This document shows positions 10,343 to 19,838 of a stretch of DNA of 64,000 bases, in pieces (within the stretch, counting starts at the first letter, position 1; each line of letters opens with the position of its first letter). This stretch comes from Alphaproteobacteria bacterium (GTDB lineage Bacteria; Pseudomonadota; Alphaproteobacteria; Bin95): NCBI GenBank assembly GCA_963665325.3, contig OZ224045.1:2368001-2432000 (forward strand), given 5' to 3'. The notes beneath the pieces were generated by a model. That model had not been told where the DNA came from and searched no databases. It saw nothing but the letters and a program-made list of their open reading frames with translations. The position numbers and the translations under genes are program-made.

Positions 10343-11290
10343 TCATCCCTTCGGCGCCTTTTCCTGCACTGCTGCATCCCATTTGAATTTCGACGCCCGT
10401 GCGAGCCGTTCGACGTCCACCACTCCGGTAAGGCGCCGCCCGCCCACGATCCACGTCGGATATCGCCGGATGTCCTGAACCGTGCAGGCGGCCGTGAGGG
10501 GGCCGTTCGGTCCCGAGGGAGCGCATTCGGTATAGGGCAGGCGCTTGGCGGAGGCGGTGAACAGGGCCTTCTGCTCCTGGCAGGCGCGGCACCAGTAGGC
10601 GCCGTAGAAACGTGCGCCGCTATCCTGCAAGTGGGTTGCAAGCGCCTCTAGATAGGGGTCCTCCGGACCGGCGGCGGAGTCGAAGAGGCCGCTGAAATGC
10701 AGATGGAGGCCGAGCACCAGGACAAGGGCGGCGCTGACCGGATACAGCAGGGTGCTGCGCCACTCCCGCGCCGGCGTCGCGGAAGGGCGGCGCAGGACCG
10801 CGAGCAGGAACAGCAGGTTCATGAGCGCGAATGAGGCAAGGCAGTATTCGCAGACCGCCTCGATCTCGAAGACGGACACCAGGGTCAGGAACCAGCTCAC
10901 GCCAAAGCCGACACAGGCGACGAGAAACAACGCGCCCCATGCCGACGGCCGGGAGCGCAGGCGCCACGCCAGACCGGCCAGGAGCGCATAGGTAAGCAGC
11001 CCCCACAGTGCCATCGGCAGGCCGAACAGGGTGGACCATCGGCTCGACTGCACGATGTCGCAGTCCGAATCCACTCCGCAATAAGCCGGGTGTTCGCCGA
11101 ACCAGGCAACCAGCGTCAGGTAGCCGGTGAGCAGGACACCGAGCCCCGCCAGGCCGAGGAGCCAATTGTCGAGGGAGCGGATCGGGTGCGCCGTCGCTCG
11201 GGAGCCGCCCGGGGCCCGCTTCGGGGCAGGAGCGCTCTCAGCGCGGCCGCGACGGACGCTGGAGCTTGGTCGTTTACGCTTCCTGGGCAT
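10343..11290 (-). CDS. Vitamin K epoxide reductase (VKOR) domain fused to a thioredoxin-like domain
   Basis: Loop cysteines YCGVDSDCDIVQSSRWS, membrane CEYC, C-terminal YGAYWCRAC..YTEC..C..YPTW. Confidence 0.88.
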   Translation of the reverse strand: MPRKRKRPSSSVRRGRAESAPAPKRAPGGSRATAHPIRSLDNWLLGLAGLGVLLTGYLTLVAWFGEHPAYCGVDSDCDIVQSSRWSTLFGLPMALWGLLTYALLAGLAWRLRSRPSAWGALFLVACVGFGVSWFLTLVSVFEIEAVCEYCLASFALMNLLFLLAVLRRPSATPAREWRSTLLYPVSAALVLVLGLHLHFSGLFDSAAGPEDPYLEALATHLQDSGARFYGAYWCRACQEQKALFTASAKRLPYTECAPSGPNGPLTAACTVQDIRRYPTWIVGGRRLTGVVDVERLARASKFKWDAAVQEKAPKG

Positions 11291-11390
11291 CGTTCACGCA
11301 TCCCGCCTGTCGGTTCGGCCCGCCTCTTGAGGCGACGGCGCTGTGGCACGGTATATTACGAAACCGCCTGTATTGGATCGGGGGTCAACC

Positions 11391-12422
11391 TTACGGATCG
11401 GCAAGGTCGTCAGCGCGCGCTGCCCGGCCCCGTTCAGCCGGTTCCGGGCGCCGGCGGCCGCCGCCTCCTTCCGCAAGCTTCCGTTCGCGCCAGTAGACGT
11501 AGATGCCGGAGCCGGCGATGAGCGTGCAGCCGAGCAGGACCCAGAGATCGGGGAGGTGGTCGAACACGAGCCAGCCGAGTGCGATGGCGGAGGGGAGCGC
11601 CACATATTCGAAGGGCGCGAGCGTGGCCGCGTCGGCCAGCCTGTAGGCCTGGGTCAGCGCATAGGCGATGAAGCCGGAGAGGCCGCCGAGCAGCACGAAG
11701 ACCAGCCAGTGCTCCAGCGTCGGCCAGACCCACGCGCGGAACAGGAAAAGCCAGCTCTTGTTCTCCACGCCCTCGGCAAAGCGCCCGTCTCCGGCGACGA
11801 TGAAGAAGCCCAGGCTGACCGCGATGAACATGCCCTGGATATAGATCGCCATTGCCGAGGCCGGCGCGCTTGCACGGAGCTTCCGCGTGAGGATCTGCAT
11901 GGTGGCGTAGGCGAGCGCGGCCACCATGGGCAGCAGCAGGGTCAGCCTGTCGGGAGCGTGTTCGAGCTCCTCGGCTCCGGGGCGAAGCATGACCAGCACG
12001 CCGGCGAACCCGACCGCGACGGCGGAGAACCGCCGGATGCCGACCTTCTCGCCGAGGAAGGGGATGGAAAGCAGCGTGATGAGCAGCGGGGCGACGAAAA
12101 AGAGCGCCGTTACGTCGGCCAGCGGCACCGACGCCAGCGCGCCGAAGAACGCAAGGTTTGCGACAACCATGCAGAGCCCGCGCGCGATATGGGCGGCGGG
12201 ACGCCCGGTGCGGAGCGCCTTCAGCCCGCCTTCGAATTGCAGCACGACGAGGCTGAACAGCAGCGCCACCGCCGCGCGCACGAACACGATCTCGTGCAGC
12301 GGGTAACGGTCCGAGAACACCTTGACGATGGAGTCGTTGACGGTGATGACGACCATCCCGAGGCATATGAAGGCGATGCCCAGGCGGGGATCGTTCGCCG
12401 GTCGAAACGAACTGCTTGCCAT
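11391..12422 (-). CDS. DMT/EamA-family transporter
   Basis: About 10 hydrophobic segments, LGEKVGIRR, LAPFEY. Confidence 0.88.
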   Translation of the reverse strand: MASSSFRPANDPRLGIAFICLGMVVITVNDSIVKVFSDRYPLHEIVFVRAAVALLFSLVVLQFEGGLKALRTGRPAAHIARGLCMVVANLAFFGALASVPLADVTALFFVAPLLITLLSIPFLGEKVGIRRFSAVAVGFAGVLVMLRPGAEELEHAPDRLTLLLPMVAALAYATMQILTRKLRASAPASAMAIYIQGMFIAVSLGFFIVAGDGRFAEGVENKSWLFLFRAWVWPTLEHWLVFVLLGGLSGFIAYALTQAYRLADAATLAPFEYVALPSAIALGWLVFDHLPDLWVLLGCTLIAGSGIYVYWRERKLAEGGGGRRRPEPAERGRAARADDLADP

Positions 12423-12583
12423 CTGCGGGAGAGCCCTTGAAACCCCGGACGGAACGGCGCCGCCCGGTTGCCGGAATCATAGGGACATCCCGCCGCCCGC
12501 GACAACGGGGAAATGCGTCGGCGCGAGAGTGGCGAACGCCTTTCGCGCCGGGAGGCCGCCGGCGTCGGGAAGCGCCGCCCGCC

Positions 12584-13942
12584 TCAGTGCCGCCAGTTCC
12601 CGGTTCGGGCGTAGTCGAGGCCCAGATGGTCGCGCAGCGTCGGGCCGGTGTAGTCCTTGCGGTAGAGGCCGCGCTTCTGCAGTTCCGGCACGACATGCTC
12701 GATGAGGTCCTCGAACGAGCCGTGGAAGTGCGTCGCGCCGATGACGAAGCCGTCCGAACCGCGCTCGACGAAGAACTCCTCCATCCGGTCCGCAACCTCC
12801 TTCGGCCCGCCGACCCACGGGTCCTTCAGCAGCCCGCGGCCGGTGGCGGTCATGAAATCGCGCACCGTCGGGTTGGGATTGCCGGTCACCTGCACGGCGC
12901 GGTCGCGCATCGACTGCATGCCGGTCAGGCCCTCCATTTCCTCGTCGCTGAACGGCTCGTCCATGCCCTTCTTCGCGAAGTCGTAATTGAGCGCTTCCGA
13001 GAGCAGCGAGAGCTGGTCGGTCTCGTTCGGCAGCGTGTCGTAGAGCGCGCGCTTGTCCTCGGCCTCCATCAGGCTCTCGCCGACCATCGGGTAGAACAGG
13101 CTCGCGATCTTCATGCTATCCGGGTCCCGCCCGTGGGCCGCGCAATCGTCCTTGAGCGCCTTGTAGGCGGGCTTCGCCGCTTCGAGGCTCGGATAGGCCA
13201 CGAAGATCAGTTCGCCCCAGCGCGCCGCGAATTGCCGACCGCGCCCGGATTGACCGGCCTGGATGACCACCGGATGGCCCTGGGCCGAACGCGGAACGGT
13301 GAACGGCCCGCGGGACTTGAAGAACTCGCCCTCATGGTCGAGCCGGTGAACCTTGTCCGGATCGGCGAAGACGTTGTTCTCCCGGTCGAGCACCAGCGCG
13401 TCGTCGTCCCAGGCGTCCCAATGGCCGTGCACCACCTCCATGAACTCGTCGGCGCGGTCGTAGCGCAGGTCGTGCGCAGTCACGCCGTCGCGTCCCATGT
13501 TGAGCGCCTCGTTCTCGTTGACCGAGGTGACGACATTCCAGGCGGCGCGGCCGTTGGACATGAGGTCGAGGGTCGAGAACATGCGCGCGACATGGAACGG
13601 GTCGTAATAGGTCGTCGAGCAGGTGGCCCCGAGGCCGAGCCGCTCCGTCGCCATGCCCATCGCCATCAGGGTGACGATGGGGTCCATCTTCACGCAGCGT
13701 ATGCCGTGCTCGACCGTGTGCGCATGGTCCTTGCCGAACATGTCCGGCATGGCAAGCCGGTCGTCGAAGAAGCCGATATCGAACTTGCCGTGCTCCAGCA
13801 GGCGGGCGAGGTCGCGATAATAGTCGGCCGACATGAAGTCCAGCCGCGCGTCCGGATGGCGCCAGGCGGCGGGCAGGGTCGAACAATTCTGCGCCTGGAG
13901 GAAGGCGACCAGGGTGATCTGGCGGTCGGGTTTTCGGCTCAT
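12584..13942 (-). CDS. NtaA/DmoA-family FMN-dependent monooxygenase
   Basis: GRAAWNVVTS, RYDRADEF, PVVIQAGQSGRGRQFAARWGE, VVPELQKRG. Confidence 0.9.
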   Translation of the reverse strand: MSRKPDRQITLVAFLQAQNCSTLPAAWRHPDARLDFMSADYYRDLARLLEHGKFDIGFFDDRLAMPDMFGKDHAHTVEHGIRCVKMDPIVTLMAMGMATERLGLGATCSTTYYDPFHVARMFSTLDLMSNGRAAWNVVTSVNENEALNMGRDGVTAHDLRYDRADEFMEVVHGHWDAWDDDALVLDRENNVFADPDKVHRLDHEGEFFKSRGPFTVPRSAQGHPVVIQAGQSGRGRQFAARWGELIFVAYPSLEAAKPAYKALKDDCAAHGRDPDSMKIASLFYPMVGESLMEAEDKRALYDTLPNETDQLSLLSEALNYDFAKKGMDEPFSDEEMEGLTGMQSMRDRAVQVTGNPNPTVRDFMTATGRGLLKDPWVGGPKEVADRMEEFFVERGSDGFVIGATHFHGSFEDLIEHVVPELQKRGLYRKDYTGPTLRDHLGLDYARTGNWRH

Positions 13943-13973
13943 ATTTGCGGCTTCTGTCTCCGGTTTTCGCCTT

Positions 13974-15242
13974 TCAGCCTGCCGCCATTCGCGAACGCCG
14001 TCCAGCCGCTTCCGCGCCGAAGAGAGCGCGACGCCAGAGGAATGCGATCAGCGCCGTGCCGGCGAGGCCCGCAACCGCATAGCTCATCACCGTTGTCCGG
14101 TAGCCGACCATCTCGATCAGGACGCCGCCGAGCGGCAGGCCGACGGCCATGCCATAGACCATGAGCATCCGCACCCCCATCACCATCCCCCTGAGCCGCG
14201 GATTGCTGCGACGGAGCAGGAACACGGTAAGGCCGATCATCGCCAGGCCCTGAACAACCCCCACAGCGGCCAGCACCGCCATGGCGGCCCATTTCTCCGT
14301 CATCTGCGAGAAGACCATGAGCAGCAGGTACCAGACGGCCACGCCCGCGAATACGGCGCCGACCGGGGACCGGCGCGGGCCGCCGCCCACGGCCATGGCG
14401 AGGGAGCCAACGAAGGCGCCGGCGGCGTAGCTGGCGAGAAGGTCCGAGAGGCCGACCGCATCCAGTCCGTAAACCTCCCGCGCGGCATAGGGCATCAGCC
14501 CGCTGGAGACGGGGAAGCCGCAGAAATTGACCAGGAAGGCCAGCCACATGGCCGCCATCAGCGCGGGCGTGCGCCGGATATGCCGGAAGCCGACCCTTAG
14601 CTCCGCCAGCATGGACAGGCCCCTGCCGCCCGGGCGCGCGCGCCGCCCGCCAACGCCGAAGCTAAGCGCGAAGGCCGCAAGATAGAAGGCGCTGACGACC
14701 AGGTAGGCGGGGCCGATGCCGAGCGACTCGAGCAGCCTCGCCCCGATCAGCACGCCCCCGATGCGCGCCAGGTCCTGCGCCATCCGCGAGAACCCCATAG
14801 CGTTCACGAGCAGCCGGTCGGCCATCGTGTCGCCGACCAGGGCATTGCGCATCACAAGGTCGGATGGGCGGACCAGTCCGGCGAGCGCGGCGATGGCGAA
14901 CACCGAAGCCGGGTCGAGCCTGTCCGCGAGGCCGAGTCCGGCGAGGCAGCCTGCCAGCAGCAGGTAGAAGGCGCGCATGGCCGCGATCATGGTGCGCCGG
15001 CCGAGCCGGTCGGCGAGCGAGCCCATCGCCGGGGCCAGCAGCGTGCCGAGGAACTGGAGCGCGGCGAACGCGGTCTGGAGCATCACCGATCCGGTCGCAA
15101 CGAGCACAAACCAGTTGAGGATCAGCGTCTCCATCTCGAAAGCGAGCGAAGTGGCGAGGTCGCCCGGCCACTGGAACCGGAAGCTGCGCACGGCGAACGG
15201 CGCGAAGACGCGGCGCAGCGGGGAGGAGCGCTCAACCTGCAT
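13974..15242 (-). CDS. MFS transporter
   Basis: GSLADRLGRR motif A, about 12 hydrophobic helices; start taken at MQVERSS. Confidence 0.85.
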   Translation of the reverse strand: MQVERSSPLRRVFAPFAVRSFRFQWPGDLATSLAFEMETLILNWFVLVATGSVMLQTAFAALQFLGTLLAPAMGSLADRLGRRTMIAAMRAFYLLLAGCLAGLGLADRLDPASVFAIAALAGLVRPSDLVMRNALVGDTMADRLLVNAMGFSRMAQDLARIGGVLIGARLLESLGIGPAYLVVSAFYLAAFALSFGVGGRRARPGGRGLSMLAELRVGFRHIRRTPALMAAMWLAFLVNFCGFPVSSGLMPYAAREVYGLDAVGLSDLLASYAAGAFVGSLAMAVGGGPRRSPVGAVFAGVAVWYLLLMVFSQMTEKWAAMAVLAAVGVVQGLAMIGLTVFLLRRSNPRLRGMVMGVRMLMVYGMAVGLPLGGVLIEMVGYRTTVMSYAVAGLAGTALIAFLWRRALFGAEAAGRRSRMAAG

Positions 15243-15318
15243 GTCGGAAATCGGTCTTACTCCGGCCCGGCGCGGCCCCTGGCTTTCAACTCGCGGCGCC
15301 ATGCTACCTTGCGTGTCC

Positions 15319-16413
15319 ATGACAGACGAGAACGACCGCCTTGTCGATGCGATAACCGCCATCCTGCCGCCATTGCTGAATGCGCTGGACGGCCTCGAAT
15401 TCGCAGCCCGCAATCTCCATCCGGAGGGACTGGAGCGGTTGTGGTCGATTCTCGCGCCGCTCGACGCCGCTCTCCGCAGCGCCCGCCCGGCATTGGAGGA
15501 AGCCGCCTGGCCCGAACGACTCGACGGCCCGAAGCAGGCGTTGTCGGGAAGTGCCGACACGGCGCTCGACGCGCTGGCGCGCATGGAGGTGGCGGGCGGC
15601 ACCGGAGACATGCAGGAGGCGCTTCGGGGCACGCGCGCCCGGGCCCCGGCGCTGGAATATCTCTACCCGCTCTCGCCCATGCTGCCGCCGGTCAGCAAGT
15701 TCTTCCTGGAACCTTCGGCCCGCGGCGACGAGGAGCGTCTGGAGCGTCTCGCCCGGCCCTCCCGGCTGGAAGCGGGCGTCACGCATTTCGGCAACGGCCG
15801 CGGCGAGCGCGGCGGCTGGTCGCTGTTCGTGCCGGAGGACCTTGACCCCGATACGCCTGCGCCGCTCGCGGTGGCGCTGCACGGCGGCGGCGGGCACGGG
15901 CGGCTGTTCCTCTGGAGCTGGATTCGCGCCGCGCGCACGGCGGGCGCGATTCTGGCCGCGCCGACCTCGACCGCCCGGACCTGGGCGCTGATGGGCGACG
16001 ACCCCGATACGCCCCGCCTGCAGGAGATCGTGGCGGAAATCCGTGAGCGGCATACGGTCGACCCGGCGCGGTTGCTGCTGACCGGCATGAGCGACGGCGC
16101 CACTTTCGGCTATGTCTCCGCTCTGCCGTCGGACGGCCCCTGGACGCATCTGGCGCCCTTCTCCGGCACGTTCCATCCCATGCTGCTCGAGTTCGTCAGC
16201 GCCGACCGGCTCAGCGGCCTGCCGATCTATCTGGCGCACGGAGCGCTCGACTGGATGTTCCCGGTCGGCATCGCGCGCGCCGCCCGCGATGCGTTCTCGG
16301 CGCGGGGTGCGGCCGTCGTCTACCGCGAACTCCCGGACCTGGCCCACGCCTTCCCGACCGAGGAATGCGCCGCCGTGCTCGCCTGGCTGAAGGAAACGCC
16401 GGCAGCCGGCTAA
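15319..16413 (+). CDS. Phospholipase/carboxylesterase-family hydrolase with helical N-terminal extension
   Basis: VALHGGGG, TGMSDGA nucleophile motif, HGALD, LAH. Confidence 0.8.
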   Translation: MTDENDRLVDAITAILPPLLNALDGLEFAARNLHPEGLERLWSILAPLDAALRSARPALEEAAWPERLDGPKQALSGSADTALDALARMEVAGGTGDMQEALRGTRARAPALEYLYPLSPMLPPVSKFFLEPSARGDEERLERLARPSRLEAGVTHFGNGRGERGGWSLFVPEDLDPDTPAPLAVALHGGGGHGRLFLWSWIRAARTAGAILAAPTSTARTWALMGDDPDTPRLQEIVAEIRERHTVDPARLLLTGMSDGATFGYVSALPSDGPWTHLAPFSGTFHPMLLEFVSADRLSGLPIYLAHGALDWMFPVGIARAARDAFSARGAAVVYRELPDLAHAFPTEECAAVLAWLKETPAAG

Positions 16414-16424
16414 GGTGCCGGGAT

Positions 16425-16482
16425 TGTCATGAAGTGTCATGTTTTGTCATGCGGCCCGCCGGAAATGTCATGTTTTGTCATG
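16425..16482. repeat. Five phased TGTCATG direct repeats
   Basis: Copies start at 16425, 16435, 16445, 16466 and 16476. Confidence 0.85.
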
Positions 16483-16570
16483 GTCCGCCGCGCCTCCGGT
16501 CCCGTTGCTGCCCATCCGTATCCCGCATGCCGTTCCTCCATCGCGTTTCGTTCCACTCCGTTCCCGCCGC

Positions 16571-16662
16571 CGCGCCGAACGCGGCGAGCATTGCAGATGG
16601 CGGCGTTGACGCCGCCCGCGCCGAACGCGGCGAACATTGCAGATGGCGGCGTTGACGCCGCC
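16571..16662. repeat. 46-bp tandem duplication with internal hairpins
   Basis: 16571-16616 and 16617-16662 differ at one base; each contains GGCGGCGT-TG-ACGCCGCC. Confidence 0.9.
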
Positions 16663-16887
16663 GCCGGCTCCCTCGCGTGGCGGGACCCTGTTTCGCGCGT
16701 ATCGCGCCCCCGCGCCCGCCCGTCGGCGCGCGTTAGCGCCGGCGCGGTTCGCGCGCCTGATTGCGCCCGCGAGCGGGAGACCCCGAAATCAGGGCGCACG
16801 TCTCCCGTCCGTTTCTCGAGGGTCTTTTCGCGCCGGCGCGAACCGGGACGGAGAGCGGCTCCCGGGAGGCCGCTTCCTTCCTCCCGC

Positions 16888-16917
16888 CTTATATGGGCGC
16901 GGCATTTCGGGAGTCAA
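16888..16917 (-). promoter_or_regulatory. Putative sigma70 promoter pointing leftward into the intergenic element
   Basis: Minus strand TTGACT-(17/18 nt)-ATATAA/TATAAG with an AT-rich upstream tract. Confidence 0.45.
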
Positions 16918-17089
16918 CCTGATTTAGGAATATTATTCGAAAAAACGAACAAACAGGTTTGCCGACCCGATTTCGCTGTCGAACCGGCAATCCGCGCGGC
17001 AATGGGATTTTCGCCCGATTGGGATTATGTATCGGCGGGGCAGGCGCACCGCGCCGCCTCGATGGAACGTAAGGAAGCGGGAAACCGGC

Positions 17090-18088
17090 ATGACCGAATC
17101 AGCAAGTGCGCCGGCTTCGGACAACGCGCGCCTCGGCGTGTTCCACTACATGCAGCCTTCGGCGGCCTCGTCGCTTTACCGGAACGGCAAGGTGCTGACC
17201 CGGCGCGACCGGGACGGCAGCGACAGCGGCCGCCTCGGCGTCGATCTGGAAGAGCGGGAAATGCCGATCCTCGACGCGCGCGGGCTTGCGCCGGCCGGGC
17301 AGCCCACGCTTGCCGCCAACGGCTTCGAGCTGGAGCAGCGCCCGATGGCCGACCCCGGCCTCGACTTTCTCGACCACGACGCCGTGGTGCGGGCCTACTA
17401 CCCGGAGTGCGCAGAGATCGTGCGGGCGGCGACGGGGGCGGCGACCGCTGCGGCCTTCGACCACAATATCCGCTCCGCCACCGGCAAGTCCGGCCAGCAG
17501 CGCATCGCCGGCGGCCAGCAGGTGCAGGGGCCGGCCCATCTGGTGCATGGCGACTACACGCTGACCAGCGCGCCGCAGCGCCTCCGCGACCTCGCCCGCC
17601 TTCCGTCCCTGAACGACACCTACCGCACCGCGCTTCCCGAGGGCGCGACGCTGCTGGACGCCGACGCGGTGGAAGAGGCGGTGGAGAGCGGGCGCTTCGC
17701 GATCATCAATGTGTGGCGCAATATCGCCCGCGAGCCGGTGGCGACCCGGCCGCTTGCGCTCTGCGACGCCGCGAGCGTGCGCCCGGAGGAGCTGGTCGTC
17801 TTCGAAATCCATTACGGCGACCGGGTCGGCGAGAACTATTTCGCCAAGCACGACCCCCGCCACCGCTGGGTTTACTGGTCCGCCATGACCCGCGACGAGG
17901 CGCTGCTCATCAAGCAGTGGGACTCGGCGGGCGGGCTGGCCCGCTCGGAAGGCGCCAGGGCCGATGCCGAGAGCGCTGACGGTCCCTGCACCTTCAGCTT
18001 CCACAGCGCCTTCGAGGACCCCGCAACCCCGCCCGACGCCCCCGACCGTTGGAGCATAGAAGTCCGCTGCGCCGTGCTTTACGGGTGA
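17090..18088 (+). CDS. CmcJ/NvfI (AsaB-like) Fe/2OG-type oxidoreductase
   Basis: AYYPEC, AFDHNIR, VHGDYT, INVWR, PLALCDA, HSAFEDP, SIEVR. Confidence 0.85.
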   Translation: MTESASAPASDNARLGVFHYMQPSAASSLYRNGKVLTRRDRDGSDSGRLGVDLEEREMPILDARGLAPAGQPTLAANGFELEQRPMADPGLDFLDHDAVVRAYYPECAEIVRAATGAATAAAFDHNIRSATGKSGQQRIAGGQQVQGPAHLVHGDYTLTSAPQRLRDLARLPSLNDTYRTALPEGATLLDADAVEEAVESGRFAIINVWRNIAREPVATRPLALCDAASVRPEELVVFEIHYGDRVGENYFAKHDPRHRWVYWSAMTRDEALLIKQWDSAGGLARSEGARADAESADGPCTFSFHSAFEDPATPPDAPDRWSIEVRCAVLYG

Positions 18089-18182
18089 CAGCGCGGCGCG
18101 GCCGCCGGTATGTCGGGAGGATTCCCGCCGGAAGCGGCGGCATGGCGGGCCGGATGACGTTGGAACGGGAACCGTCCTTCCC

Positions 18183-19442
18183 TCAGGCTTCCCAGAGCAT
18201 CCTGACGGGCATCGCAAATAGCCGGGGGCCCGTTCGCTGAATGCGCCCGCCATCGTGCAGGACGATCCCGCAGGCGAACCTGTCGCCCACGGTCTCCTTC
18301 AGGCGTCGCAGCCCCCTGAAATCCCGGGGATGCGCCGTCGCTCCCGCTTTGACTTCGATCCCTACAACGGCGCCCGGCGAACGCTCCAGGACCAGATCGA
18401 CCTCCATGCCGTCCTTGTTGCGATAGTGCGTGACGGTCGTCATTTCATCCGAGAGAGCGATGGCCTTGGCGATCTCTCCATGTACGAAATTCTCAAGAAG
18501 CGGTCCCAGCTTCTGTCGGTCCCGCACGATATCCGCGGCTTCCGTTCGCAGGAGCGCCGCGAGCAGACCGGAATCCAGGAACTGGAGCTTCGGCGTTCTG
18601 ACCAGCCGCTTCAGCCGGCTGTTGTGCCAGGCGCGAACGCGGCGGATCAGAAACATGTGCTCCAGCAGCACCAGCCAGCGATCCACGGTCTTGCCGTCGA
18701 CGCCGAGGCGGGCACCAAGACCGGACATGTTGAGCAACTGGCCTGCCGATACCGCCGCGTGGTCGATCAGGCGGGCCATTTCGTCTCGTTTCCCGACAGG
18801 CGCGATATCCGGCACATCGCGCTCGGCGAGAGCCCGCGCATAGGCCCGCAGCCAGGAACGCCGGCGGGACGCAGCGGCGCGGGCGAGCGCCGCCGGATAG
18901 CCGCCGGTAACGACCCGTTCGATCAAGTCGGTCGATGGACCGGTCTCAACGACTGCTGGAAAGTCGCCGGCAAAGGCCCGGTCGAGGAAGCGCGACGGAG
19001 CGGCACCGGCGATCTCGGCTTGGGAGAACGGCAGGAGCTCGATGGTCTCGACGCGCCCGGCCAGGGAATCCGGGGAAATCGCGCCCCTGAACAGATCGAC
19101 GGAGCCGGTGATCAGATACCGCCCGGGATCGGGATGCTCGTCGACTTCCTTCTTGAGCGCCAGGATCAGGTTCGGAGCGCGCTGGATTTCATCAATCGCC
19201 GCGTTTTGCAGGCCCCGGACGAAGCCGACAGGATCGTCCAGAGCGAACCGCCTGGACTGCTCGTCGTCCAGAGAGACGAAGGCGCGGCCGTCGCCATCGG
19301 CGATGCGCCGGGCAAGCGTCGTCTTGCCGGACTGGCGGGGCCCCACGATGGCGACGATGCGGGTATCCGTCAGCGCCAGGCGAACGGGCCCCTCGGCGTG
19401 TCGCGCCACAAAGGTCTCGGTGGGGTTCGTCCGGTTTGGCAC
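18183..19442 (-). CDS. AAA_14 ATPase with DUF4143 (PD-(D/E)XK-like) C-terminal domain
   Basis: GPRQSGKTT, IDEIQR, ITGS, LAGR, GGYP, DSGL, EVDLVLE..GIEVK. Confidence 0.9.
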   Translation of the reverse strand: MPNRTNPTETFVARHAEGPVRLALTDTRIVAIVGPRQSGKTTLARRIADGDGRAFVSLDDEQSRRFALDDPVGFVRGLQNAAIDEIQRAPNLILALKKEVDEHPDPGRYLITGSVDLFRGAISPDSLAGRVETIELLPFSQAEIAGAAPSRFLDRAFAGDFPAVVETGPSTDLIERVVTGGYPAALARAAASRRRSWLRAYARALAERDVPDIAPVGKRDEMARLIDHAAVSAGQLLNMSGLGARLGVDGKTVDRWLVLLEHMFLIRRVRAWHNSRLKRLVRTPKLQFLDSGLLAALLRTEAADIVRDRQKLGPLLENFVHGEIAKAIALSDEMTTVTHYRNKDGMEVDLVLERSPGAVVGIEVKAGATAHPRDFRGLRRLKETVGDRFACGIVLHDGGRIQRTGPRLFAMPVRMLWEA

Positions 19443-19541
19443 AGGTGTCCGTCCGAATCGGAATCATGATCCGTCCAATCCGGAATATAACACCGCGCGG
19501 TCCGGTAGTCACTTTCGAATCCCGTGCGTGATTGTGCGCCG

Positions 19542-19772
19542 GGCCGCTCGCGCTCTGCGACGCCGCCAGCGCGCGCCCGGAGGCGCTGCTCATCAAGCAG
19601 TGGGACCCGGCGGGCGGGCTGGCCCGCTCGGAAGGCGCCAGAGCCGATGCCGAGAGTGCGGACGGTCCCTGCACCTTCAGCTTCCACAGCGCCTTCGAGG
19701 CCCCCGCAACCCCGCCCGACGCCCCCGACCGCTGGAGCATAGAAGTCCGCTGCGCCGTGCTTTACGGGTGAC
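19542..19772 (+). pseudogene. Duplicated, internally deleted 3' end of the CmcJ-family gene
   Basis: Near-identical to 17748-18089 but lacks 111 bp between two GAGG tetramers (17786-17789 and 17897-17900). Confidence 0.88.
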
Positions 19773-19838
19773 GAGGGGTGGCGCAAGCGGAGAATGGGCA
19801 GTCCGGTGCTCTAACTTCGCGGCTTGGAGACTATGGCC

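Noticed and set aside
16425-16482. Canonical Pho box
   Set aside because: Period is 10 bp rather than 11, and no phosphate-related gene follows.
16425-16662. Repeats as a CRISPR array
   Set aside because: No unique spacers between repeats, wrong unit sizes and no cas genes.
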